A stretch of DNA of 43,885 nt from positions 1 to 43,885 of the IMG/VR virus record IMGVR_UViG_3300031260_000032; one strand, given 5' to 3'. Shown here one piece after another: positions 25,640 to 35,307 of this stretch. The number at the start of each line of letters is the position of its first letter. Within the stretch, counting starts at the first letter, position 1. The stretch comes from a virus (lineage: Duplodnaviria; Caudoviricetes). The notes below the pieces were generated by a model. It was not told where the DNA came from and searched no databases. It worked only from the letters and a program-made list of their open reading frames with translations. Both the position numbers and the translations under genes were made by a program.

Positions 25640-25984
25640 CTATTTTGTCTCCATTCCAAAGATGGGCAAAACGCCCTGGTTGAGTTGGCTTTCCGGCCGC
25701 AGCTCGAAAGCGAGGGGCTTTCCGGCCTTGTCGCGGTCGATGAGGATGCTGGTCTCCAGGGCCTCGGCTGCAGCCAAGGCGCTGGATGCCTGGAACGTGA
25801 CACTGGCGATATTGCGCTCTTTGTTGGGCTTGATTTTGAGCTTGAGCGTGACCGTCCTCGCCGATGACGGGCTGGTGTTCGGGTCCATGATGTTGGCCAG
25901 AGCGTTGGCGATCTCGTGGTCAACGGCCTCGATGACGGCTCCGCTGTAAAGCGTCGCCAGGGTGATCGGATCTTTTTCCTGCAT
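25640..25984 (-). CDS. Phage early protein, partner of downstream gene
   Basis: MQEKDPITL start; NIMDPNT...RTVTLKLKIKP motif. Confidence 0.8.
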   Translation of the reverse strand: MQEKDPITLATLYSGAVIEAVDHEIANALANIMDPNTSPSSARTVTLKLKIKPNKERNIASVTFQASSALAAAEALETSILIDRDKAGKPLAFELRPESQLNQGVLPIFGMETK

Positions 25985-25995
25985 AATTTTCCCCC

Positions 25996-26469
25996 TTAAA
26001 TGTACGCCTCGACTCCGGTCAGGATGGCTTGGCACCGTGCCATGACATCCCCGGCGGCGTTCTTGATTCGCAGCGCCTCGGCCCTGCTGACCTTGCTGTC
26101 CTGGCCTGCCTCGATGACCACTGTGGCGATCTGCCCGAACTCGGAGCCGAGGTGCAGGATATGCTGCTCCATCTCGGCCACGGACATGTTCTGCAGGTCG
26201 TGCTTGAGGCAGGTGTCGTCGACCCTTGCCAGGAGCCACTGGACGATCACGTTTTCCAGGGCCTCGCGCCCCGACGTGGTCACCTCGATCAGTTCCGGCA
26301 GGATTTCGAGACTCGGACTGTGGTGGTCCTTGCGGCTCGCCCAGCGGTCAATCTGTCCTGGCACCAGCTCCAGTTCCTCCTCGATCTGGCGCCGCTTCTT
26401 CCCCGACAGGTGCACGGCCAGCCACACGACCTCGGCCACGCCCATCTCCTTCAGCTTCTGAGAGTCCAT
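25996..26469 (-). CDS. CII-like phage regulatory protein
   Basis: N-terminal HTH-like; C-terminal EFGQIA...DSKVSRAEA; second gene after cro. Confidence 0.65.
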   Translation of the reverse strand: MDSQKLKEMGVAEVVWLAVHLSGKKRRQIEEELELVPGQIDRWASRKDHHSPSLEILPELIEVTTSGREALENVIVQWLLARVDDTCLKHDLQNMSVAEMEQHILHLGSEFGQIATVVIEAGQDSKVSRAEALRIKNAAGDVMARCQAILTGVEAYI

Positions 26470-26565
26470 GAAAACCCCCTTGGGACTTTTCCCGTTCATT
26501 CTCCCGTAACCTCCAAATTTTGCTATAAAAAAACCGCGTCCGACTATAAAAAGTTGGAGCGGTCT

Positions 26566-26847
26566 CTAAAGTTTTTGACAGCGGCTCAACATTTCCTGCT
26601 GCTGGTAGATGATCCCGGCCAGGGTGCGGTTGCACGTCGGCAGCGGGATCAGGTCGGCAGGGATGCCCAGGTCGGAAAGAGCCGCGCGGATGGTTTCGCT
26701 GGCGACGCCCGTGTTTATTGCCTTTGCGAGCTGGGTGTAATCGACGCCGGCACGACCGGCGACGCCGCGGATAGAGTCCTTGTACTGGGATAAATACTTA
26801 TCCCACTTATTGCGAAGGATTCCATTTTTTTGTATTCTTTGGCTCAT
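26566..26847 (-). CDS. Cro/Ner-like HTH regulator
   Basis: SIRGVAGRAGVDYTQLAKAING-like HTH; divergent from repressor. Confidence 0.7.
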   Translation of the reverse strand: MSQRIQKNGILRNKWDKYLSQYKDSIRGVAGRAGVDYTQLAKAINTGVASETIRAALSDLGIPADLIPLPTCNRTLAGIIYQQQEMLSRCQKL

Positions 26848-26945
26848 TTTTGTAAAAACCTTGTTGGTTTTTTTAGGCGAACTTTTTATTTCGTCGCCGT
26901 TGAAAACCTTCTAATCCAGTTTTTTGGAAATAGTCAATAAGAAAT
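26848..26945. promoter_or_regulatory. Lysis/lysogeny divergent control region
   Basis: AT-rich; palindromes AAAAACC-N5-GGTTTTT (26854-26872) and TCCA-N6-TGGA (26915-26928); TTGACT on minus strand at 26937-26932. Confidence 0.65.
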
Positions 26946-27500
26946 ATGGAAAATATGGAAAAAAATAACTGTGCCGAAATTATCGAGGAAAACGTGCAGT
27001 CGTTCGGATTAAGACTGACTGAATTTATTGAAAAAATTGGCATGAATAAAAAAAGACTTGCCGATGAGATCAGCATGTCGCCTCAAACGATATCAAATTA
27101 TTGTTCTGGAATGAGCCAGCCTAAGCCTAGGTTTTTGGAAATTTTGGTTCAGCGGTTTGGTGCAAACAGGGATTGGCTGATGACCGGAAATGGGCCCATG
27201 TTCTCGACGCGCCAAGAAAGCCGGCAACCTAGCGGCGAGCGGACGCCCCTGCCCCACGACGAGCAACTCGTCGACCTCAAACATCGGCTTGCCGAGCAGA
27301 TCCTGGCCGGAATTGAAGAGCGTGACAGGCATTCCAAGTGGTTCACCAGGGCCATGGAAGCTATCGCCAAAACGGCCCAAACGTACGGGCTGACCAAGGA
27401 ACAGCACCGGGCCGTCATGGACGCCGTGATTGACCCAGAGAAGGCAATGGCAGCGCTGGAAGCTGTCGAGTCCCGACAAGCAGCGGTTGGCGAAGAATAA
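26946..27500 (+). CDS. CI-like repressor (XRE HTH)
   Basis: RLADEISMSPQTISNYCSG HTH, DWLMTGNGPM; alternative start 26955. Confidence 0.85.
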   Translation: MENMEKNNCAEIIEENVQSFGLRLTEFIEKIGMNKKRLADEISMSPQTISNYCSGMSQPKPRFLEILVQRFGANRDWLMTGNGPMFSTRQESRQPSGERTPLPHDEQLVDLKHRLAEQILAGIEERDRHSKWFTRAMEAIAKTAQTYGLTKEQHRAVMDAVIDPEKAMAALEAVESRQAAVGEE

Positions 27501-27715
27501 GAGGTGCCCGGGAGCCACGCATGGTTGCCCGGGTGGCGCGCCGCTGCGCCTGATCCACAGCGACGACCACGCCCCTCTCGGGCAGTCTGCCGCGCAGCTC
27601 ACGATCAGGACAGCGACACCCAGCCCATATAAAATTGTATGACAGAAACTTATATTGCTGGTTGAATGGCCAATTTAGAGACAGTCAATGTTGAAATGTA
27701 TGACAACATTTGTTG

Positions 27716-27744
27716 CTGACTATTTGGCTTTGGCGTGTTAGGTT
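27716..27744 (+). promoter_or_regulatory. Putative promoter of membrane moron
   Basis: CTGACT, 17 bp, TAGGTT with upstream TG (extended -10). Confidence 0.5.
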
Positions 27745-27765
27745 GGCCGGAAAAAGGAGGTCCGC

Positions 27766-28230
27766 ATGTCTCTTGTGCGCTGCCATTCTTGCAACAAAAA
27801 GATCTCAAACGCCGCCACGTCATGCCCTGGCTGCGGCGAGCCTCGCCCGGAAGGTGGGTGGAGAAAACCAAAAACAGGCGTGCTTGGCTGGGCATTTTTG
27901 ATTGTCGTGCTCATGGCCATGGCCGGAAGGTGCGGGTCAGATAGGCCTCAAACTACCGCAAGCAAAACGCCAGACAAACCCCGCGAGGCCGTCGTCAACT
28001 CGCCTTGGGACGGATCTGTCTGGCAAGCCGAGAGGGCCATAAAAAAGCGCCTCAAGGATCCTGAGAGCTTTGAGGCGGTAAACTGGGGCGCCGTGGTCAA
28101 GCTGCAGAACGGCTACCAGGTTGCGTGCCAATATAGGGCCAAAAACAGCTTCGGCGGCTATGTTGTCGAACAGGTTTTGGTCGGCCTTGACCTGCAGGGG
28201 AACGTCGTCAGCATGGCGGCTGTCAATTAA
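27766..28230 (+). CDS. Zinc-ribbon, single-TM, periplasmic-domain moron protein
   Basis: CHSC...CPGCG; TM helix; LKDPES...YRAKNSFGG; AGGAGG RBS. Confidence 0.8.
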   Translation: MSLVRCHSCNKKISNAATSCPGCGEPRPEGGWRKPKTGVLGWAFLIVVLMAMAGRCGSDRPQTTASKTPDKPREAVVNSPWDGSVWQAERAIKKRLKDPESFEAVNWGAVVKLQNGYQVACQYRAKNSFGGYVVEQVLVGLDLQGNVVSMAAVN

Positions 28231-28718
28231 GGCGCCTCGCTGACGCCTGCCAGCGCCTCGCGGTCCCCAGCTGCAACAGCTGCGGCAACTTCGGCCTGCC
28301 TGTCCCGCTCCCACGCAAACGCCTGCGCGTCGAGCTGCGCTCCGAGCAGGAACAGCGTGTTGAGCAGAGACTGAGACATTGTGACGTACACGCCATACCC
28401 GTCCGGCCCGTCGCTTGCCTTCCAGCCGGGGACCTGCAGGTCTGGCTGCAGGTCAAAAACCCGCGCCGTTTCTCCATATTTCGCCCGGGCAGTCGGGTCA
28501 GAATCGTAAAGCACTCCCTCGTACTCCACTCCGCCTGCCTCGATAGCACGGCGCCCGGCCCTTATGGCTGCGAGCTTCTTCGCGGCCGTGCTGGCAATCG
28601 GCTCGACAGTCTGTTCAATGCCTGCAAGAAACTCGGCCTCGGTGATTTCCGTCGATTCGTTCCTGCCAATGGGCGATCCTGCATGGTAACCATGTGCTGG
28701 ATGACGATAAAATTTCAT
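28227..28718 (-). CDS. Tail fibre assembly protein (DUF4376-like)
   Basis: GGVEYEGVLYDSD...WKASDG...AFAWER; follows fibre gene. Confidence 0.75.
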   Translation of the reverse strand: MKFYRHPAHGYHAGSPIGRNESTEITEAEFLAGIEQTVEPIASTAAKKLAAIRAGRRAIEAGGVEYEGVLYDSDPTARAKYGETARVFDLQPDLQVPGWKASDGPDGYGVYVTMSQSLLNTLFLLGAQLDAQAFAWERDRQAEVAAAVAAGDREALAGVSEAP

Positions 28719-28727
28719 ATCCCACCC

Positions 28728-29873
28728 CTATCCGATCAGGACTTTGAAGTTTTTGGACATCGCAGACGAGGACGAAGACGTGTCGCGCACCTGGACTGAT
28801 ATGCAATCCCCGGCATTAAACGATACAGTTTTTGTGTAAGTACCGTAGCTTGTTGACGAATGGGTGATCTCGGACTCAAGTGCCGCCCCATTTTTGCACC
28901 ACCTGATAACAGCGTTTGCCCCATCTTTGGCAACGTCCACAGAAAATGTTGCCTCGCCTGGGCGGTCTGCGACCCAGTAATATGCGCCCTTGTATGGATC
29001 GCCGGACACGAACCCGGCTTGTCCGAACACTCGCATAGGGGTGATAGGAGGATATCCTGCCGGCAAGATCGTGCCGAAGGACGAAAACTCCGTGGTCAGG
29101 ATCTCCGCGATAAACACGAGCGGCGTTGACCCGACAACGTAGTCGCCGCTGTCAAGCCCTGCCACTGCTACAGCTATCGCTGCTGCAACGCCTACAGGTG
29201 TCGTCGCCCTGACGGCGTCCGTCCCCGTCGTCGTCTCGGCCTCGGTTGCAAGCTCGACGATGCCCTTTGTAGTCGTCGACGCGTCAGCCGGGGCAGCAGG
29301 CGGTTGCCACGACGCGCTCCCGGCTGTTGCCCCCGCGGTCAGCACTTTGCCAGAATTCGCAGTGCCCGTAGCCGGCACATGAAGATTGCCGTCGCCAGTC
29401 GGGTGTGTGTACGCGGCCGCGTCGATCGCCGCCTTGGCCGCTGCCGGAGTGACTGCCCGCGTCGCGTCCGTCCCTGTGATGGCTTCGGCGTCCGTGGCAA
29501 GCTCAACGCGGCCCTTTGCCGTCGTGGACGCGTCGTCCATGGTGACAGTGATCGTCACGTTTGCCGATCCGTCAAAGTTCGCACTGCCACCGACAACCCC
29601 GGACAGAGTGATCGTGCGTGGCGTCGTCAACTTGTCGGCCTGTGCCACGCGCTCGTCGTAGGCCCCTGACGCTTTGGCCTGCAACTCAACCCACGACGTC
29701 CCGTTATACTTCTCCCGGCGCTTGGTCGTCGAATTGTACCGGATGGACCCCGTCGGGACATTTGAAGCCGAACTTGCGTCGAGCTGCTTTGCCAGTTCGG
29801 CAAACAGCTCTCGCAAGTTTTGCAGCAGGTCCGCGTATCCGTCGCTGCCGACAGGCTTGTTGAAATCTGCCAT
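28728..29873 (-). CDS. Side tail fibre protein
   Basis: KLTTPRTITLSG and two ASTTxKGxVELATxAE repeats. Confidence 0.85.
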   Translation of the reverse strand: MADFNKPVGSDGYADLLQNLRELFAELAKQLDASSASNVPTGSIRYNSTTKRREKYNGTSWVELQAKASGAYDERVAQADKLTTPRTITLSGVVGGSANFDGSANVTITVTMDDASTTAKGRVELATDAEAITGTDATRAVTPAAAKAAIDAAAYTHPTGDGNLHVPATGTANSGKVLTAGATAGSASWQPPAAPADASTTTKGIVELATEAETTTGTDAVRATTPVGVAAAIAVAVAGLDSGDYVVGSTPLVFIAEILTTEFSSFGTILPAGYPPITPMRVFGQAGFVSGDPYKGAYYWVADRPGEATFSVDVAKDGANAVIRWCKNGAALESEITHSSTSYGTYTKTVSFNAGDCISVQVRDTSSSSSAMSKNFKVLIG

Positions 29874-29876
29874 GGG

Positions 29877-32800
29877 TTACACTCCCTTTGCCGACCACGA
29901 CGCATCGCCAGATGCGCGGTCGTCGTTGATGTCGTAGAGCAGGATTTTGAAGTAAGAGTCCCCGTCGTTATAGCTCCAGACGCCAAACCGCGCCGTACCA
30001 CCTGCCTTTGGCGTGATCGTGATCGATGAGACGCGGACGAAATCTTTGCCGAAATTGACGCTCGTCCCGCCGCTGTCGGCGGCGCTGCAGGTTGCCGTTC
30101 CGGCGTCGTTGATGAGCTTGCTGGCCATGACCACGTTGATGCGCGAAATCAGCGCCAGGTCGTTTGCCCCACCGTCCGGTGTGGCCGTGATCGTGTAGCG
30201 GACGTAGCGGAACTCGGTTGCATACGCCTCGAACCCTGCGCCAAGGGATGCCCACGGGTCTGTGTCCAGCTCGCGGATCTCGATCTCGCACGACAAGGCC
30301 ACTGAGCCGTGGATGATCTCCACGGTCGGGGTGATCGTGATCTTTGTCCCGGGCAGCACTTCGCCGTAGTCGATGACCTCTTGATACGACCCTGATGCCG
30401 GTGTCGGCTCCAGATAGTAGGGGTACCCGGCATCGATCTGCGCCTGCGGGCTTGCCCACGAATTGCTTGTAAAGTGCTGATCCCATGTTTCGGTCGTGTT
30501 CGCCGGGATGAGCAGGCCGTCCGCGCCCAAAAACGCACTGGTCAATGTGCCGCTGAAGTCCGAGTCGTCGTCATAGCTGCGCTCATAGTCGGGCGGCGAA
30601 CTTACAGACGCAGTAGCGGCTGCCGGCGTGCCGGCGTTGCCGACCACGTCGATGGCCGCGATCCAATACGTGTACGAGCCGGACGCTGCCTCGAAAATCG
30701 TGGAGAAGCGTCCGGATAGCTTGCCGATGGGGTCTGCGGTTGCCCAGGTCGCGCCCTTGCGGGCCTCGTATTCTTTGACAGGGAACGTGCCGGCAGGCGG
30801 TTCAGTCCACTTGAGCAGGACCTGGTTGTCGATCACCTGGGGCGACACCGACACGGCGCCTGGAGCGGACACCGTGATGCCAACCTGTCCAGCCTCGCCT
30901 ACGTTGCCCGGGGCGTCGATAGCGGCGACAAGGTACGTGTAGGAGCCGACGGCAGGTCCTGGCGTGGAAAACTGCGTGCCTTTGATGCGACCCAAGAACG
31001 TGGCCGACGCCCATTCGGAGCCGACGCGCACCTCGTATTCGACGATCGGGAATACGGACACCGGGGCGGCCCAGGACAGCACGACGTTTGCCCCGTCGAT
31101 CCCTGCGCCCACATCAGGGGCGGACGGCCCTGTTGGTACGAACTCAACGTCGGCCGCCGTCTCGGACTCAAGGCCGATGATGTCGAACGCCTTGATCCAA
31201 TAATGGTACGACCCGGCCGCGACGAGCGGAAGCGTCTTTGACGTGGCGTCACCGTCGAATACCGTGGTCCCGGTTTCCCAGTCCGCCCCCAGCCTGATGA
31301 CGTAGCGGCTGACGTCCTTGTGAGCCGATTTGCCCCAGGTCAGGTACACGCCTGTTTCGACAGCCGTGGCCGCGAATCCGGTGACGTCCGGCGGCACGGA
31401 CGTCTTGCCGACAACAAGGTGCGACTGCGATTCGCCCCACGCGCTGGCTCTGTCCGTTGTTGCGGTCCTGATTCTGAGATCGTAGACCTGCCCGTCCTCG
31501 ACGGGCTCAATGTAGAGCTGGCCATCTCCTACTGGCGCAGAGCCTGCGCCGATCCATGTTTCTGAGCCAGACTCACGGCATTGCGCCTGGACAACCTGTG
31601 CGTCTACAGTGCTGCCAGACGGGATCGTGAACGCGAGGCAGATCCTGCTGGTCAGCGACCCGTCTGGGTTGCGCACCAGCACCGCCTCGTCGGACCTGAC
31701 CGACAGGATGATCGGCACCGGAGGTGTCTGGAACATCGAGGCATAGGGCCTGGTGATATTCGTATTGAATTCCGGGATGGTTCCCGTGGCCGCGTCGTAG
31801 ATCGCAGGGGAATAATCGACGAGCAAGAGCCTGGCCGAGAAATTGTCGCTGGGCTGGATGTGCTTGACCATGAGGTCGGCCGTCTCCTGCCCGACAGGGC
31901 CGAAGGACCACAGGTCTCCGACCTCGGGCATGGCGTCTGTCCCGGAAAAATCCAGTACGGTCTGTTCGCCCTCGTTTGTCACGACGTTGCGCACGACGGA
32001 AGCGCCGGAAGATGACCGCCACCGGATATTGTAGCTTGTCCCGGCCATCATCGGGCACGCATTGTCAACCGTTACGGTCTGCGCCACCTCGTCGACCGCC
32101 TTGAAGCGTCCAGAGGAAAGCCCCCACATGGTCACATCGTGCGAGCACTTGACCCAGTCTCCCCTGGTGCAGACGATGTGCTCCATGTCCGCCCACAATT
32201 CGTACTCTTCGGGCCGCAACTTTGCCACGGCGAGCTGATGCCGGCAGAGCTTCCAGATCTGATCCGGGTCCGTAACTCCCTGGAACTCGACGCCCTCAAA
32301 TTCGGTAGCCGTGCCCTCGTCGTATCCGTCGGCATAGACAATTCGCTCGTCGTTCTGCCACTCGGCATTTTCGTTGACAAACCGACTCCGCCACCCGTGC
32401 GGCATCCTGAGGTTTACTTTTGTCCCCCGGAATCCCCACGAGTTTTGCGGGGTAAAGTGCTGCACCGGGCCGCTTCTGGGCTCGTCGATGACGACCGTCC
32501 ATTTGCCGTTCGGTCGCCCCGGGGCAGCCAGACCAGCAAGGGCGATCGCGGATAATGCCTCCAGTGTCCCCATGCGGAAATCATGGTATCGGTTATACGT
32601 CAGGCCGTTGATGCGGCAAAAGTTATGCCAGTACACGAGATCATCGAGGTCGATCTGCGCGTCCGAAACTTTGCGGACCAAGCCCGGGTGCTGCAGGACG
32701 TGCCGGAACAGCGACGCCGGGTTGTTTGTCGCGCGCTGCACCCACGTTTCCGTCGGCTCGTCCCAGTCAAGACACTCGGACTCGGCCTCGACGTTGAGTT

Positions 32801-34400
32801 CGTCGATCGCGCCATTGAGCTGCCCCGTGGCTTTAATGCGGGTGCTGATGATCGATACGGGCTGCGAAAACTTGATTGGGTTGACGAACTTGATGGCCCT
32901 TATCGCGGTCCACCACAGGTCATCCATGATGTTGTCCTTGTCCGTCTCTGGGGTGATCCTGCGGGTGCGGACCTCATAATACGCCCGCTCCCCAGGTGAT
33001 ACGCCCCAACTGCGGCGGATGGCGGACGTCTGCTTGCCTATGATTGTCGTCGATTCGAGGGGCATCACGCCAGCAGCGATATCGATGTACGGCTGGCGTG
33101 CAGGTGCAAACGGGATGTTAATTGGCGACCCAGGCGTGATCTCGAACCCTGACGCTCCATCCGGTAGAATATACACGATCGAGGTTATCGACGACCCAAC
33201 GACGCAGATCTGGGCTATCCCCTGATCGTCTCCACGGACGGATGGCGGTCCAGAGCCGACAGCGCCAGCCTTTGCTACGAGGTCGCCGCGCTGGGTGCAG
33301 ACGAGAGTCCACCACTGTGTGGCATTTTGCCACACCCTTTCTCCGCCGTCATTGACATACCCTCCAGCCCTATCAAGGTATATTTTCTCTGCCGGGATGT
33401 CCGCATCGCCGCCCATGTTTTTCCAGGCGTCGTCACCATCACCCTGCTTTCTGTACTGGACCTCTGCCTGGACGGTGTAATATTCCTTGTCCCCGTCCTC
33501 GTCGTATTTGATGAGCCCTCGCACGCAGGACAAATCGATGCTGAATCTGTCGCACTCCTGGTCAGTGACCCTGGTCTGCCACCCGTCCGGCTCGGTCAGC
33601 TCGATGGAGAGCTGGCGCTCGTACACGTCGTTTGTGTAGTATTTCGGTATCGTGTCTGCTGTTGCGTACGCAATATATTCATATTGTACATCCTCGAAGT
33701 CATCGATCGGCGTCTCGCCAATCTTGATCTGGCCCCTGGGTACTACAGGCGCGTATCCAAGGACGAACAGCTGCCTGACAAACTGGTCGTTGCCGACAAG
33801 TTCCGAGTAGGGCAAAGCCCCTTGCTTGGGTACAATGCGATGCCGGCCCAGAAGCGCGGCCACAGGGCCGAACGGGTCGATGATGTTGCGGGCGCCGCTC
33901 GTCGAGTACGTCGGCGAATCCTGCGACGATCCGGACGAAGGCAGGGACGGCGCCTGCATTGGCAGCAGTGCGTTCATTGCAAGCATGCCAACGGCGGAAA
34001 CTCCGGCCATAATCCCGGCCGACATCATTGCGCTGCCAGTGGTGAGCGCTCCGGCCGCCGTGTATTGGGCGAATTCCGCTAGATAGTATTGCTGCGAGAT
34101 GACCGCCACGGCCATGATGACGATGGTCAAGATGCCGCGCAAAGCCTTATTGTTTCCGCCTCCCTGGGGCACGACGCGGTACGTGACGATGTCGCCTGGC
34201 AGGGGCCGTGTCGTCTCCCACGCTTCGCGGGGCACGTAGCGCTCCCCGACATACGCATGGCCGTGGCCACGCAGCGACGCAGGCACGTGCATGTCGTTGA
34301 GTCCGCGCTCGACGATCTGCGCGACGGTCGCGCCGTGCTCGATCGACCCCGTGACGCGGTCCTGGCGGAATGGGTGCGGGCGGCCGTGGAACGTGATCAT
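29877..34400 (-). CDS. Tail tip/host specificity protein (gpI-like N-terminus fused to gpJ-like, FN3 repeats)
   Basis: ~1507 aa; PQGGG, TNNPA, repeated LxW...YEVRxGxxW...YxYxIAAID units. Confidence 0.9.
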   Translation of the reverse strand: MITFHGRPHPFRQDRVTGSIEHGATVAQIVERGLNDMHVPASLRGHGHAYVGERYVPREAWETTRPLPGDIVTYRVVPQGGGNNKALRGILTIVIMAVAVISQQYYLAEFAQYTAAGALTTGSAMMSAGIMAGVSAVGMLAMNALLPMQAPSLPSSGSSQDSPTYSTSGARNIIDPFGPVAALLGRHRIVPKQGALPYSELVGNDQFVRQLFVLGYAPVVPRGQIKIGETPIDDFEDVQYEYIAYATADTIPKYYTNDVYERQLSIELTEPDGWQTRVTDQECDRFSIDLSCVRGLIKYDEDGDKEYYTVQAEVQYRKQGDGDDAWKNMGGDADIPAEKIYLDRAGGYVNDGGERVWQNATQWWTLVCTQRGDLVAKAGAVGSGPPSVRGDDQGIAQICVVGSSITSIVYILPDGASGFEITPGSPINIPFAPARQPYIDIAAGVMPLESTTIIGKQTSAIRRSWGVSPGERAYYEVRTRRITPETDKDNIMDDLWWTAIRAIKFVNPIKFSQPVSIISTRIKATGQLNGAIDELNVEAESECLDWDEPTETWVQRATNNPASLFRHVLQHPGLVRKVSDAQIDLDDLVYWHNFCRINGLTYNRYHDFRMGTLEALSAIALAGLAAPGRPNGKWTVVIDEPRSGPVQHFTPQNSWGFRGTKVNLRMPHGWRSRFVNENAEWQNDERIVYADGYDEGTATEFEGVEFQGVTDPDQIWKLCRHQLAVAKLRPEEYELWADMEHIVCTRGDWVKCSHDVTMWGLSSGRFKAVDEVAQTVTVDNACPMMAGTSYNIRWRSSSGASVVRNVVTNEGEQTVLDFSGTDAMPEVGDLWSFGPVGQETADLMVKHIQPSDNFSARLLLVDYSPAIYDAATGTIPEFNTNITRPYASMFQTPPVPIILSVRSDEAVLVRNPDGSLTSRICLAFTIPSGSTVDAQVVQAQCRESGSETWIGAGSAPVGDGQLYIEPVEDGQVYDLRIRTATTDRASAWGESQSHLVVGKTSVPPDVTGFAATAVETGVYLTWGKSAHKDVSRYVIRLGADWETGTTVFDGDATSKTLPLVAAGSYHYWIKAFDIIGLESETAADVEFVPTGPSAPDVGAGIDGANVVLSWAAPVSVFPIVEYEVRVGSEWASATFLGRIKGTQFSTPGPAVGSYTYLVAAIDAPGNVGEAGQVGITVSAPGAVSVSPQVIDNQVLLKWTEPPAGTFPVKEYEARKGATWATADPIGKLSGRFSTIFEAASGSYTYWIAAIDVVGNAGTPAAATASVSSPPDYERSYDDDSDFSGTLTSAFLGADGLLIPANTTETWDQHFTSNSWASPQAQIDAGYPYYLEPTPASGSYQEVIDYGEVLPGTKITITPTVEIIHGSVALSCEIEIRELDTDPWASLGAGFEAYATEFRYVRYTITATPDGGANDLALISRINVVMASKLINDAGTATCSAADSGGTSVNFGKDFVRVSSITITPKAGGTARFGVWSYNDGDSYFKILLYDINDDRASGDASWSAKGV

Positions 34401-34798
34401 GCCTGACATCGGTATATTCCCTCCACGCGCTTGGCCCAGCAGATTGATTTGTACGACTCGTGCGAGGCGTTTATCCCCCGCGTGATGTGCAGCATGCGCC
34501 CGGGCACCGTCACGACACCGACGTGACAGACGTGCCCGCCGATGGTCATAGCCACCGCGTCACCCTCTTTCGCACGTGACGGCGAAACCACGTCCCACTC
34601 GTGAATGTGCAACGATATCGCTTGCGCAGCACCAGCCCGATCGTCTGCCCGCTCGTACTCCTCGACGTAGCTCGGTAACTCAATGCCCAGCACGTCGCGG
34701 TAGACGAGGCGCAGCAGCCCCCAGCAATCGCACCCTGACATGTCGCGCCCTTTGCTCTTGTAGGGCACTGGGCCGTCGAGATAGCGTTGCCACCACAT
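34397..34798 (-). CDS. NlpC/P60 tail protein (gpK-like)
   Basis: GRDMSGCDCWGL...HVGV...MLH. Confidence 0.9.
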   Translation of the reverse strand: MWWQRYLDGPVPYKSKGRDMSGCDCWGLLRLVYRDVLGIELPSYVEEYERADDRAGAAQAISLHIHEWDVVSPSRAKEGDAVAMTIGGHVCHVGVVTVPGRMLHITRGINASHESYKSICWAKRVEGIYRCQA

Positions 34799-35307
34799 CA
34801 GAACATCGCCGGGAACTGCGACGGGGTGAACGACCCGGCCGGAAAAGGTTCGGACACCAGGGAATCGACGCCCAGGTTGCCGGTGATCGTCAAATCGTCG
34901 TAACCGATATGCGTCAAATCGAAGTCAGGGAACGTGGCTTCGACCACGTCCAGGCTTGACGAAATCACGAGTTCCATGGACACGGTTGCCGGCCCGCTCA
35001 TGGCCCTGATCGTTGGGATCATCTCCCGACCTACGTTGTCGAGCGTCAGCGCGGTTGCCGGTCCGCCATCGTCGCCGTCAGACGGCAAGGGGAGAGAGAA
35101 CGGGATATAGACGAATGTCATGCCCCTGCTGATCGTCCCGTACACGATGTCGACGCCCGTCACCTCGACGCGTTGCGTGGAATCAGATGACACCCTGATC
35201 GGGACAGGGAGGGATGGATGCGTGATCGTCAGCAGCAGGATCGGGTAATCGCCGGTTTCTGCCGAGAACATCGCCCGCAGCGCACCCGATGACAGCGATC
35301 TGCTCAT
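34798..35307 (-). CDS. Minor tail protein (gpL/DUF1833-like)
   Basis: LLLTITHPSL...LTLDNV...FTPSQFPAMF; start 35307. Confidence 0.8.
   Translation of the reverse strand: MSRSLSSGALRAMFSAETGDYPILLLTITHPSLPVPIRVSSDSTQRVEVTGVDIVYGTISRGMTFVYIPFSLPLPSDGDDGGPATALTLDNVGREMIPTIRAMSGPATVSMELVISSSLDVVEATFPDFDLTHIGYDDLTITGNLGVDSLVSEPFPAGSFTPSQFPAMF

Noticed and set aside
27430-27642. 70-aa ORF after the repressor
   Set aside because: Overlaps cI, no clear RBS or motif; cannot be supported
28227-34400. Diversity-generating retroelement or invertible fibre cassette
   Set aside because: No reverse transcriptase, invertase, or template/variable repeat pair seen
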